The notes: a model not told the origin generated them from the sequence alone. 64,000 bases of DNA from a virus (IMGVR_UViG_3300042465_002598:1261-65260), one strand, 5' to 3'; positions 1 through 7,508 are shown, counted from the first letter of the stretch. A program made the numbers and translations.

Positions 1-193
1 TGCGTCTGGCTTGCTCACTCATGCCATCGATAAACCCGCGTTCGTAGTCTGGTACGGGCTGCTTCAACGCCTTGTCCAGTGCATCCGAAGCCAAGCACAC
101 CGGGCATTGGCAATGATCCCCTTGCGGAGGGATGTGGTCCGCCGCCCAGTTCAGGGCAGTGCGGGCTTGTTCTGCTGCTTCGCGTAGGTTCAT
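1..193 (-). CDS. Hypothetical phage protein, N-terminal part (runs off left edge)
   Basis: ATG overlaps the stop of 190..390 (ATGA); own translation MNLREAAEQARTALNWAADH...YERGFIDGMSEQARR is open to position 1. Confidence 0.7.
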   Translation of the reverse strand, partial: MNLREAAEQARTALNWAADHIPPQGDHCQCPVCLASDALDKALKQPVPDYERGFIDGMSEQARR

Positions 194-390
194 TCCAATC
201 CCTCCATCGCCTCGGTAACCTGCCCACGAATCTCTTCTAAACACTGACGGGCGTCACCGTCGTGCTTCAGGCAGGTGCGGGCGAGTTGGTCGATACGGTG
301 CAGCGTAGCCAACGACCGCAGACCATGAATGGCTGCTTGTGCCTCGTGTGATTCCGTGGGCACGGTGAAGGTCAAGGTGATGGTGCTCAC
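190..390 (-). CDS. Hypothetical protein
   Basis: GTG with GGAGG upstream; coupled to both neighbours. Confidence 0.7.
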   Translation of the reverse strand: MSTITLTFTVPTESHEAQAAIHGLRSLATLHRIDQLARTCLKHDGDARQCLEEIRGQVTEAMEGLE

Positions 391-725
391 GACTTACCTC
401 CAGGCGTCAGCGTAGCGGGTGCTTTACACGGCCATGTCTGGCGCAGGATGACGCGCACGATGATCGCAGCGGGCAAGTGCCGCTTGTCCGGGTTGTTCTG
501 CAACCACTGCTTGATGACATCAGACGCTTGTCCGATCTGCACCTGTTCGGGCGGGCAAATCTCAGTGTTGTAGTGCGCGTCAAGCACGCCCATGACGTAG
601 CCCAGCGCTACCATAGGCTTCACCGGGCCGGGATCGTTCAAACGATCCAGCAACTCGTTGCCGCTCATAAACTGAGCGTGAGCAGTACCCGCCAGCAAAG
701 CGGCGAGCAGGATTAGTTTCTTCAT
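387..725 (-). CDS. Secreted Rap1a/Tai-like immunity family protein
   Basis: Signal peptide MKKLILLAALLAGTAHA; motifs SGNELL, GYVMGV, ICPP, WLQNNP, RHLPAA, WPC. Confidence 0.7.
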   Translation of the reverse strand: MKKLILLAALLAGTAHAQFMSGNELLDRLNDPGPVKPMVALGYVMGVLDAHYNTEICPPEQVQIGQASDVIKQWLQNNPDKRHLPAAIIVRVILRQTWPCKAPATLTPGGKS

Positions 726-922
726 GCTGCTTCCTTTACCCGAGTGCCGCCGTTCTTGTTCTTCAGGTGCCCGTCACGCAAGAGAAGTCGAATTTCCACC
801 AAACGGTCGTTGACAGCGTGACGGATGCGGGTATGACCTATGGCATCGTTTTCCCGCTCCAGAACGTCAATGCGTCGTTGCATAGCGGCCAACTGTTGGT
901 TGGTGATTCCTAGCTCGTTCAT
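722..922 (-). CDS. Hypothetical coiled-coil protein
   Basis: ATGA overlaps at both ends, AAGGA RBS. Confidence 0.65.
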   Translation of the reverse strand: MNELGITNQQLAAMQRRIDVLERENDAIGHTRIRHAVNDRLVEIRLLLRDGHLKNKNGGTRVKEAA

Positions 923-1281
923 GCTGCTTCCTTCCATGCCTGTTGGAGCATCCGCTCCTTCTCACGTTTCTTCTTCTCTCGGTACTTCGCCTTGCGCTCG
1001 TTCGGTGTAAGCGCGGGCTGCTTGGCATCGGTCTTCAGGCCGACTTTGTAAACGGCGATGACTCTGCGTCCCGTGGTCGTTGCCTCCCACATGGAGATGC
1101 GCACCACGCCGTGGTTCCACAGCGCGTTGATGTGCTTGCGTACCGTAGCCTTGGTCAGGCCCGTCTCTTCCACGAGGTCTGCCACTGACGCACCCACCAT
1201 CAGATGCGACAGCATCCGGGCATAGAGCGCTGCGTTGACTTTCTGCCGGTACGAAGGGCGAATGAGTTGGACGTTGCTCAT
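919..1281 (-). CDS. Winged-helix/HTH DNA-binding protein
   Basis: SVADLVEETGLTKATVRKHINAL HTH pattern; GGAG RBS before MSNVQ. Confidence 0.7.
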   Translation of the reverse strand: MSNVQLIRPSYRQKVNAALYARMLSHLMVGASVADLVEETGLTKATVRKHINALWNHGVVRISMWEATTTGRRVIAVYKVGLKTDAKQPALTPNERKAKYREKKKREKERMLQQAWKEAA

Positions 1282-1496
1282 TTCGGCTCCTCCATGAGCC
1301 CGCGCCAAGGCTCGTCTTGCGTGCTAGCGCGGGTGTTTTTGTACTGTGAAGCCGCCTCTACCGTGCTGCACCAAAAGCCCCAGAACTCACCGTTCCAGTA
1401 TTGGTAGCCTACGTCTAGCTCAAGCCCGCACCACTGCATGTACACGCCCGGTCGGACGGGTTTAACGTCTCCGGGAAACCAGGGTGTAAGTATCAT
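1278..1496 (-). CDS. Hypothetical Trp-rich phage protein
   Basis: TPWFPGDVKPVRPGVY...WRGL; ATGA coupling. Confidence 0.7.
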   Translation of the reverse strand: MILTPWFPGDVKPVRPGVYMQWCGLELDVGYQYWNGEFWGFWCSTVEAASQYKNTRASTQDEPWRGLMEEPK

Positions 1497-1687
1497 CCCC
1501 ATACCCCCAACGCAGTCATCACGATGATGCAGATCGCCATCAGAATGGCCGCTGCCAGGAGCGTATCCTCAACGATCTCCCGCATGGGATCGTCCTCGGG
1601 CTCATCGGGCTCCACGATGCCGAGATCAGTCGCCGCTTCAGCGGCTTCTGGGTGGCGACCTTGTTGGTCACATCCTTTGGGGATCAT
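1493..1687 (-). CDS. Small membrane protein
   Basis: C-terminal hydrophobic helix; GGAGA RBS. Confidence 0.65.
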   Translation of the reverse strand: MIPKGCDQQGRHPEAAEAATDLGIVEPDEPEDDPMREIVEDTLLAAAILMAICIIVMTALGVWG

Positions 1688-1920
1688 GTTTTCTCTCCTT
1701 CCGCCCGTGCGATTGCGATGCAGGCGTTTTGCATAGCCAATCCATATGTGCGCAAGTCCGGCGCAGCGGTTATGGCCTTCAACGCCCCCAGCAGTTCGGC
1801 ATTGACGCTATGCAACCGGCGCAGCTCTGCTGCCGCCCTGCGGTCTACCTCGCTGCTGATTACCGTGCCAACCGGTGCCTCAAGTTCATCCGCAAGGAAT
1901 AGGGCTTCGTCTTTCACCAC
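1684..1920 (-). CDS. Hypothetical protein with AAAELRRL module
   Basis: Shares EALxLADxL / AAAELRRLH motifs with 62973..63221 and 63205..63519. Confidence 0.65.
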   Translation of the reverse strand: MVKDEALFLADELEAPVGTVISSEVDRRAAAELRRLHSVNAELLGALKAITAAPDLRTYGLAMQNACIAIARAEGEKT

Positions 1921-2087
1921 TTTGCTTCTCCCAGATGTTTGACCTCGTCAGCTTGACTTCTCTTCTTGGCCTTGTTGACGTACCACCGGCCATCTTGCAC
2001 GTGCCAGCGGAAGGGCCAGCAGCCCTTCTTGACGGCGCGCAGAACTGCCGATGACTGTTCCTGAACCGCCTGAGGCTGTGCTTTCAC
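1914..2087 (-). CDS. Hypothetical protein
   Basis: GTG overlapping upstream TGA, AGGAGG RBS. Confidence 0.6.
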   Translation of the reverse strand: MKAQPQAVQEQSSAVLRAVKKGCWPFRWHVQDGRWYVNKAKKRSQADEVKHLGEAKW

Positions 2088-2260
2088 GCGACCTCCTGCG
2101 GCGTGAGTTGGTCTTTGGTGCGCGGCCTGTTGACTAACCACCTGTCCCCCAGAAGCTCAACCATGCGAAGCCATGCGCGGGCATTGTGACGCCAGACATG
2201 CCTGGGCACACCTGGGGTTTTCCATAGGCGGATGGCCTGTCGGATGCGTTGGATGTTCAT
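2084..2260 (-). CDS. Hypothetical basic protein (58 aa, below ORF-track cut-off)
   Basis: TAGGAGAGAGC-ATG; MNIQRIRQAIRLW...TPQEVA. Confidence 0.65.
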   Translation of the reverse strand: MNIQRIRQAIRLWKTPGVPRHVWRHNARAWLRMVELLGDRWLVNRPRTKDQLTPQEVA

Positions 2261-2278
2261 GCTCTCTCCTAGTTGTTA

Positions 2279-2370
2279 CCGCCCTGCGGGCGAATGACTC
2301 ATCGGACTGCTTCGCAACCCGACTTCCCGCCCTGCGGGCGAATGACTCATCGGACTGCTTCGCAACCCGA
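2279..2370. repeat. Perfect 44-bp direct repeat x2 (48-bp period), each unit with two hairpins
   Basis: ccgccctgcgggcgaatgactcatcggactgcttcgcaacccga at 2279-2322 and 2327-2370. Confidence 0.95.
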
Positions 2371-2380
2371 TTCGCCAATG

Positions 2381-2404
2381 AAAACGCCCTGCCGAGGCAG
2401 AGCG
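2381..2404 (-). terminator. Putative intrinsic terminator
   Basis: cgctctgcc-tc-ggcagggcg followed by TTTT, downstream of 2427..2678. Confidence 0.55.
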
Positions 2405-2426
2405 TTGAGTGAGGCGTTCTGAGGTG

Positions 2427-2678
2427 TTACTCAGTGCGCCAGACGCGGATGCCGTCCTTGACCGTGGCCGTAGACCACTTGCCGCCGTCCATGCGCTTCT
2501 TCGCCACGAGCAGCTTGCGCCGCCACGAGTCCACCGCCTTCTTGTCCGTGGTGTCACACGGGATGAGGAACGAGTTCCCCACGAGCATCTCGTGCAGCGG
2601 GAACGCGGTGGGCTTACGCCCACGACCGCCACGGTTAGACGCGAACGGGACACCAGTTTCGATCTTGAACTCCATCAT
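2427..2678 (-). CDS. Small putative DNA-binding phage protein
   Basis: FKIETGVP...VGNSFLIP...GIRVWR; similar to 50781..51017. Confidence 0.7.
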   Translation of the reverse strand: MMEFKIETGVPFASNRGGRGRKPTAFPLHEMLVGNSFLIPCDTTDKKAVDSWRRKLLVAKKRMDGGKWSTATVKDGIRVWRTE

Positions 2679-2995
2679 TGCTCCTGAGAGGGTTGTGCAT
2701 CGCCGCACCATGCAGCGAGGCGGGTAGTGTCATCGGAAGTCGGCCATTTGTCAACAGCCTCGATCCAGTAATTGGTACCGATCTTCATCCCTATGTTGGG
2801 CACCTTGTACCCGGCACCGGCTGTGTCGAGCAGCTTGATGGCGTCCTGCATCCACGGGGGAAGCATGTCGAAGCGGTACATAGCCTCTACCACGGCTGCG
2901 GGGCCACGCGGGTACACGGTGACGCGGTACAGATCATCCCCCAGGGGGACAGCCCGGTACGTTGTCTCGATTACGCGTACATCAGGCAGGATCAT
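2675..2995 (-). CDS. Hypothetical protein
   Basis: Overlaps both neighbours in the operon. Confidence 0.65.
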   Translation of the reverse strand: MILPDVRVIETTYRAVPLGDDLYRVTVYPRGPAAVVEAMYRFDMLPPWMQDAIKLLDTAGAGYKVPNIGMKIGTNYWIEAVDKWPTSDDTTRLAAWCGDAQPSQEQ

Positions 2996-3275
2996 TCTTG
3001 GCCTTCTCTTTCCTTTCCCGCTCCTGACGAGCCTTGTAGTTCTCCAACGCCTGATGGAACTGCACCGGGCCGAGCAACGTCACGGTGGGCATCTCGTCTG
3101 GCGGCATCAATCGCGCCTCGGGAACGTTTTCGTTTTCACGCCAAGTGGTATCCCACTTGTACATGTCAGTGCCTGCACATATGTCGAGGAACCTGAACGC
3201 TGCCTCCTTGGGTATTGCGTACTTGTAGTACCCAATGGACATCAGGACGTAGTCGAATTCTTTCTTTGTTGCCAT
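2982..3275 (-). CDS. Hypothetical protein
   Basis: TAGGAGG RBS. Confidence 0.75.
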   Translation of the reverse strand: MATKKEFDYVLMSIGYYKYAIPKEAAFRFLDICAGTDMYKWDTTWRENENVPEARLMPPDEMPTVTLLGPVQFHQALENYKARQERERKEKAKNDPA

Positions 3276-3283
3276 AGAACCTC

Positions 3284-3511
3284 CTAGAAAAGTGAGGGTG
3301 AATAACCCACGGTGTATTTACCGTCACCGTTACCCGTCGCCATACCACTACCTGGGCCGTATTGGAAGCCTTCACCATAACCTTCGCCATCGAAGCCCAC
3401 ACCGTAGGTATCACCATCCCCGAATTTATGGGGTGCCAGCATGAGAAACAGGGCGCGATCACCACGACCGTTACCGTGCATGGCGGCGTTGGACAGGTAC
3501 CACATCAGCAT
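3284..3511 (-). CDS. Gly-rich peptide, paralog 1 (MLMWYLSNAAMHGNG...)
   Basis: ATG at 3511; head shared with 4746..4994 and 6056..6256. Confidence 0.7.
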   Translation of the reverse strand: MLMWYLSNAAMHGNGRGDRALFLMLAPHKFGDGDTYGVGFDGEGYGEGFQYGPGSGMATGNGDGKYTVGYSPSLF

Positions 3512-3533
3512 GGACTGACACCCGTTCCCGTTT

Positions 3534-4736
3534 TCAGGCGGGCACATACAGCGTGGTGCCGTTCGGCGCGGTGATGTTCTTGGTGCTGACGCACCACAGC
3601 ACGGGCGCAGGCCACGTGCCCCAGTCCCTGCCGATGTAGCCATCGGTGAACTGAATGACGCAGTCGGGCTTGATGCCGTGCGCGTTCATGTAGCGCTGCA
3701 TGCTGACCGGGTCGGTGCCGCCCCCGCCCTTGGGCTTGGTCACCTCGGCCAGCGTGGTGACCGCGTCACCCTCGTAGACCTCATGCCCTGCCACCTGTGC
3801 GTCCCAGTAGATCACATCGACCATCTCAGGCTTGACGACCTCGCACGCGGCCATGATCTCGGTCAGCGCACGACGAAGCTGCTCGGCACCGATGGAGCCT
3901 GAGGTGTCCACGCCAATGGTGATGCGTTTGGTGGACTCAGAGTACCGCGAGGGCAGCGTGGCGTCGATCGCCATGCCACGACGCGACGGACGCCGCCACG
4001 TGGACAGGTCAGCACCGGTACAGGTGGAACGCAGGAAGTCCTTCAGCATCTCGCGCCAATCGACCGCGACCTCCAGCAAGTCCTTCACGCTGCGGTCCAG
4101 GGACGCACCGGTCTTGCCAGCGATGATCGCTGCCTGACGCACAGCGGTGTCCACCGCCTTCGCCACCTGAGCAGCCTGCGCTTCGCTCAGGGCCTCACCC
4201 ACCTCGCCGTCCTTGTCGCCGCCCGACGCAGGGCGGTGCTCGTCCATCGGCTTGGCCTTGCCGCCCGAGGCAGACTTCTGCTGCTGTTGCTGCTGTTGCT
4301 TGGCCTGCTGCTTCATCCTCCGGTACACCTCACCCGCATCCATGCCGTCGTACTGGTAGTCGAGGATGGCGTCAGGCCACACGGTAAGGAACTTGTCAGC
4401 ACCCGCACCGGCCTGCTTGTCCAGCATGATGTTGATCACCGCATCGCATGCCATGTTCGCAAGCTGCGGGTCTTCATCGAACAGCCGCTTCCACGTAATC
4501 ATGTGCATGAACAGCACGTGGTAATACTCGTGCAGCACAACGAAGCGCAGCGTCTGGTCATCCAGCGTGCCGATGAACTGCTTGCCGATGAGCACATCCC
4601 TGCCGTTTGTCGCAGCAGTGGGTAGGCCATCCACGAGCTTGCACTCGCCTTCCATCATCAGGCCGTTGAGGGCCATGAACCGTGGGTCACGCATGATCGC
4701 AACCCGAGTCCGCAAGAGTCGATCTTCTGGGGACAT
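3534..4736 (-). CDS. Metallopeptidase + vWA domain protein (DUF2201-like)
   Basis: TAATNG and HEYYH zincin motif; C-terminal MIDAS DTSGS, GGGGTD, FTDG. Confidence 0.88.
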   Translation of the reverse strand: MSPEDRLLRTRVAIMRDPRFMALNGLMMEGECKLVDGLPTAATNGRDVLIGKQFIGTLDDQTLRFVVLHEYYHVLFMHMITWKRLFDEDPQLANMACDAVINIMLDKQAGAGADKFLTVWPDAILDYQYDGMDAGEVYRRMKQQAKQQQQQQQKSASGGKAKPMDEHRPASGGDKDGEVGEALSEAQAAQVAKAVDTAVRQAAIIAGKTGASLDRSVKDLLEVAVDWREMLKDFLRSTCTGADLSTWRRPSRRGMAIDATLPSRYSESTKRITIGVDTSGSIGAEQLRRALTEIMAACEVVKPEMVDVIYWDAQVAGHEVYEGDAVTTLAEVTKPKGGGGTDPVSMQRYMNAHGIKPDCVIQFTDGYIGRDWGTWPAPVLWCVSTKNITAPNGTTLYVPA

Positions 4737-4745
4737 GTGAATCTC

Positions 4746-4994
4746 CTAAAAAAGAATAGCCCGCGAGCCGTTGTCGTAGCCGTCGCCGTAGCCGTGACAC
4801 TCACCACTTCTGGGGCCGCAATACGCATTGGCCTGCGTGATGCCGCTACCATTGGCTCCGCCAAATCCGTCGCCGTGACGTAAACCATCACCGAAGAAGT
4901 GCTCGCCTTCCGACAGGACAGATGCGAGAGCTGTGTCCACGCAAAGGCCCGAGCCATGCATAACGGCGTCGGCTAGGTACCAGATGAAGATCAC
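4746..4994 (-). CDS. Gly-rich peptide, paralog 2 (MIFIWYLADAVMHGSG...)
   Basis: GTG overlapping the ATPase TGA; conserved head. Confidence 0.7.
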   Translation of the reverse strand: MIFIWYLADAVMHGSGLCVDTALASVLSEGEHFFGDGLRHGDGFGGANGSGITQANAYCGPRSGECHGYGDGYDNGSRAILF

Positions 4995-6046
4995 TTCATC
5001 ACCCAGTGATTGGCACGGACCCAATCGCCAAAGCTCTCGTTCAGCACGGCCCACTGCTTGCGGGAACGAAGCAACTGCGTGACAAACACGCACTGCATCT
5101 CTGTCGGCAGCCGCTTGATGTAGACCATCACGTTGTCGAGCGTGTCCCTATCGGTACGCATCACTGCACGATAGACGGTCATCATCATGGCCGCAGCGTT
5201 GTCGGGCACCTTGGCCTTGTCCGGGGCGTTGATGATCGTTGCCCAGGCAGGCAGCTTGTCGGCCAGTTCCACGAAGGCCATCAGGTCGAGCGCAGCGCGG
5301 GGGCCGAGGTTGCCAGCGATGGCAGCCAGGGTGATGTCGGCATCACCCACTGCCGTGCGGCGATCCTCACGCAGTTCGATGCTGGCGAGGTACAGCGAGC
5401 GGGGCGTGCAGAACGAGCGGCGCTTCTCCCGGGGGTGGAACCCGTACGGGAAGTCCTCGGGGCGGTCGTGGTCCTTGAAGCTACCGAAGAGCCGTCCCTG
5501 CTCCTCCTTGGCCCAGGCCAGCATCGCCTCGTTCACACCGTTGGCGAGGCCCCACTCCACCCACTCGTCTGCGGTCGGGTTGCGCATCTCGATGAACGAC
5601 ACACGGTTGCAGGCATGGGCTTGGAAGAGATCACCCACACCCTCGGCACCGAGGTTGGTCGCACCGAACACGATGCTGCCCTCGGGCAGAGCCTCTGCAC
5701 CGACGCGGCGCTCCAGCATGACCGGGAGAAGCGCATTCTGCACCGGGCGGGACGCCTTGCCGATCTCGTCCAGCAGCACCACCATCGGCTTGCTGCGGTC
5801 ACCCATGAGCAGTACGTTGGGAAGGAACTCGACCACGCGGCGCTCCTTGTCGATGGCAGGAATCTGCACATCGCCCACATCCCACTGCGTGCAGTCCACG
5901 GTCACCACGTTGTACTTCGTGGTGTTGAACATCTTCACGATGCTCGACTTACCGGAGCCCATCGGACCCTCGATGATGTAGGTCTTATCCACACCGTTGA
6001 TGTTGATGAGCTTGAAAATCTGATTGATGTTGAGCTTGAGGTTCAT
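4991..6046 (-). CDS. MoxR-like AAA+ ATPase
   Basis: Walker A GPMGSGKS, Walker B VVLLDE, GATN sensor, TPRS motif. Confidence 0.9.
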   Translation of the reverse strand: MNLKLNINQIFKLININGVDKTYIIEGPMGSGKSSIVKMFNTTKYNVVTVDCTQWDVGDVQIPAIDKERRVVEFLPNVLLMGDRSKPMVVLLDEIGKASRPVQNALLPVMLERRVGAEALPEGSIVFGATNLGAEGVGDLFQAHACNRVSFIEMRNPTADEWVEWGLANGVNEAMLAWAKEEQGRLFGSFKDHDRPEDFPYGFHPREKRRSFCTPRSLYLASIELREDRRTAVGDADITLAAIAGNLGPRAALDLMAFVELADKLPAWATIINAPDKAKVPDNAAAMMMTVYRAVMRTDRDTLDNVMVYIKRLPTEMQCVFVTQLLRSRKQWAVLNESFGDWVRANHWVMK

Positions 6047-6055
6047 TGTTCACTC

Positions 6056-6256
6056 CTAGAAATTAAAATGACGCCATTCGGGAGAGCGGAAGCCGCCCTC
6101 TCCGTTGCCGTAGCCGTCGCCGTAGCTGTCGCCGTAGCCGTAGCTGTAGCCGTTGCCGTTGCCGTCGCCGTAGCCGTCGCCGTAGCCGTAGCCGTAGCCG
6201 TAGCCGTAGCCGTAGCCGGTGCCATGCGTGACAGCGTCGGCTAGGTACCACAGCAG
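6056..6256 (-). CDS. Gly-Tyr-Asp repeat peptide, paralog 3 (LLWYLADAVTHGTGYGYG...); no canonical start at the head
   Basis: Same head as paralogs 1 and 2; only CTG codons precede it. Confidence 0.55.
   Translation of the reverse strand: MLWYLADAVTHGTGYGYGYGYGYGYGDGYGDGNGNGYSYGYGDSYGDGYGNGEGGFRSPEWRHFNF
6101..6218. repeat. Hexanucleotide microsatellite (gccgta/gccgtc/gccgtt)n
   Basis: Directly visible; encodes GYGYGDG. Confidence 0.95.
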
Positions 6257-6257
6257 G

Positions 6258-6521
6258 CTATTTGATGTGCTTCTTCCACACATCGTTGCACTCGATGAAG
6301 TGGCACAGCCTCGCCTTGGGCACGAGCACCGTAGGCACCGGGTCGAGCGCGGTCTCACCGAGCGGGCCTTCAAAGGCCAGTTGGCCGAAACCCTTCGTGG
6401 TGCCACTCTTGCGCACGTTGAAGCCGTTGGTCACGGCATAGTAATAACCGTCGAAGATGATGTTGCCGACGTAGACGAAGCCGTTGTCCACAACGGCGAG
6501 TTGGATTCCGAAGTCTTTCAT
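6258..6521 (-). CDS. Small beta-rich phage protein
   Basis: TAGGAG RBS; GFVYVG...NVRKSGTTKGFGQLAFEGP. Confidence 0.8.
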   Translation of the reverse strand: MKDFGIQLAVVDNGFVYVGNIIFDGYYYAVTNGFNVRKSGTTKGFGQLAFEGPLGETALDPVPTVLVPKARLCHFIECNDVWKKHIK

Positions 6522-6569
6522 TTCTCTCTCCTAGTGATGCCCCCGTAGGGGCGGGTTGAATTGTACGCT

Positions 6570-7508
6570 TTACAGCGCAAACTTGTCGAGGATTTCCTGC
6601 ATAGCAGTCTTCGTGCTGCGTTGCAGTTCGGGGGACTCCCTGAGGGAGTCAATGTCGATGCGACTCAGTGCCGTCTCCAGATCACGCCGCGCTTCCTCCA
6701 GGCGCGGGTCGTTGGTCACGTTGAGGTCTTTGAGCAGATCGGTCAGGGCAAGGCCCTGCTCCAGCATGCTGTCGTACAGCTTGGGACGGCGCTTCTTCTT
6801 GATCTCGACCGACACCACGGTGCCTGCGTCGTCCGTGGTCTTGATCTCCTCCACCTGATCCGGGTCGTACGCCAGCACGGCGTCCATGCGCTCACGCACC
6901 CACTCGACTTGGGTCTTGACCCGCTCCCACGCGTCGGCCACAGCGCCTGACACCCGTTCCGCGATCTGCCGCTCATACTGCTCGGCCAGTTGGTTCTTCG
7001 CCTCGTTACCGATGTCCACGCGGAAGTCACCCGACATAGGCAGGGGCTCGATCACGTACGAGAAGCGGAACTTGGCAGCCACCTCGTCCTCGTGCGGGTA
7101 CTCGCTGCGGTCGAACAGCGCGCCCATCTCGAAAGCCTGCTTGCTGATCTCGGTGCTGTAGGTACCGATGAAGGCGCGCACCAGCGCGTTGAAGCGCTGC
7201 TCGTACTTGGCAGCCTGACTCGTGATGTCGAGGTACTGGGCTACGGTGATGAGACGCCGACCGTTGTCGTCCCACGGCAGGGTCACCGTGTTGAACCACT
7301 GGCGCACCTCGCCGCGCAGGGACTTGATGGCTTCCAGCGCAGGGCACTCACTGAACAGGTGCTTGTGCACCGTGGCAGCGCGCTTGCTGCGTGCGCCCTT
7401 GGAGACGGCCACCTCCTCGGCAGTCTTCTTGTCTTGCTTCCGTGCTTCCCACACGGAGATGTTGATGCTGCCCAGCATGGCAGCGGCGGTGATGGATGTG
7501 ATACTCAT
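6570..7508 (-). CDS. Conserved helical protein accompanying the AAA/vWA pair (possibly DUF3150-like)
   Basis: 312 aa, TAGGAG RBS, TLPWDDNGRRL and FDRSEYP motifs; family name tentative. Confidence 0.7.
   Translation of the reverse strand: MSITSITAAAMLGSINISVWEARKQDKKTAEEVAVSKGARSKRAATVHKHLFSECPALEAIKSLRGEVRQWFNTVTLPWDDNGRRLITVAQYLDITSQAAKYEQRFNALVRAFIGTYSTEISKQAFEMGALFDRSEYPHEDEVAAKFRFSYVIEPLPMSGDFRVDIGNEAKNQLAEQYERQIAERVSGAVADAWERVKTQVEWVRERMDAVLAYDPDQVEEIKTTDDAGTVVSVEIKKKRRPKLYDSMLEQGLALTDLLKDLNVTNDPRLEEARRDLETALSRIDIDSLRESPELQRSTKTAMQEILDKFAL

Noticed and set aside
2279-2370. CRISPR mini-array
   Set aside because: Only two units separated by 4 nt, no spacer-length sequence and no cas genes; the Cas4-like nuclease sits in the replication module.
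5006-6244. Long plus-strand ORFs (also 16844..18016, 23469..25370, 34701..35909 and similar antisense ORFs)
   Set aside because: Shadow ORFs opposite well-supported genes, expected in GC-rich DNA.
6043-6251. ORF-track ATATAT, RLRLRL and VAVAVA proteins
   Set aside because: Alternative frames of the hexamer microsatellite; only the GYG frame carries the head shared with the two paralogs.
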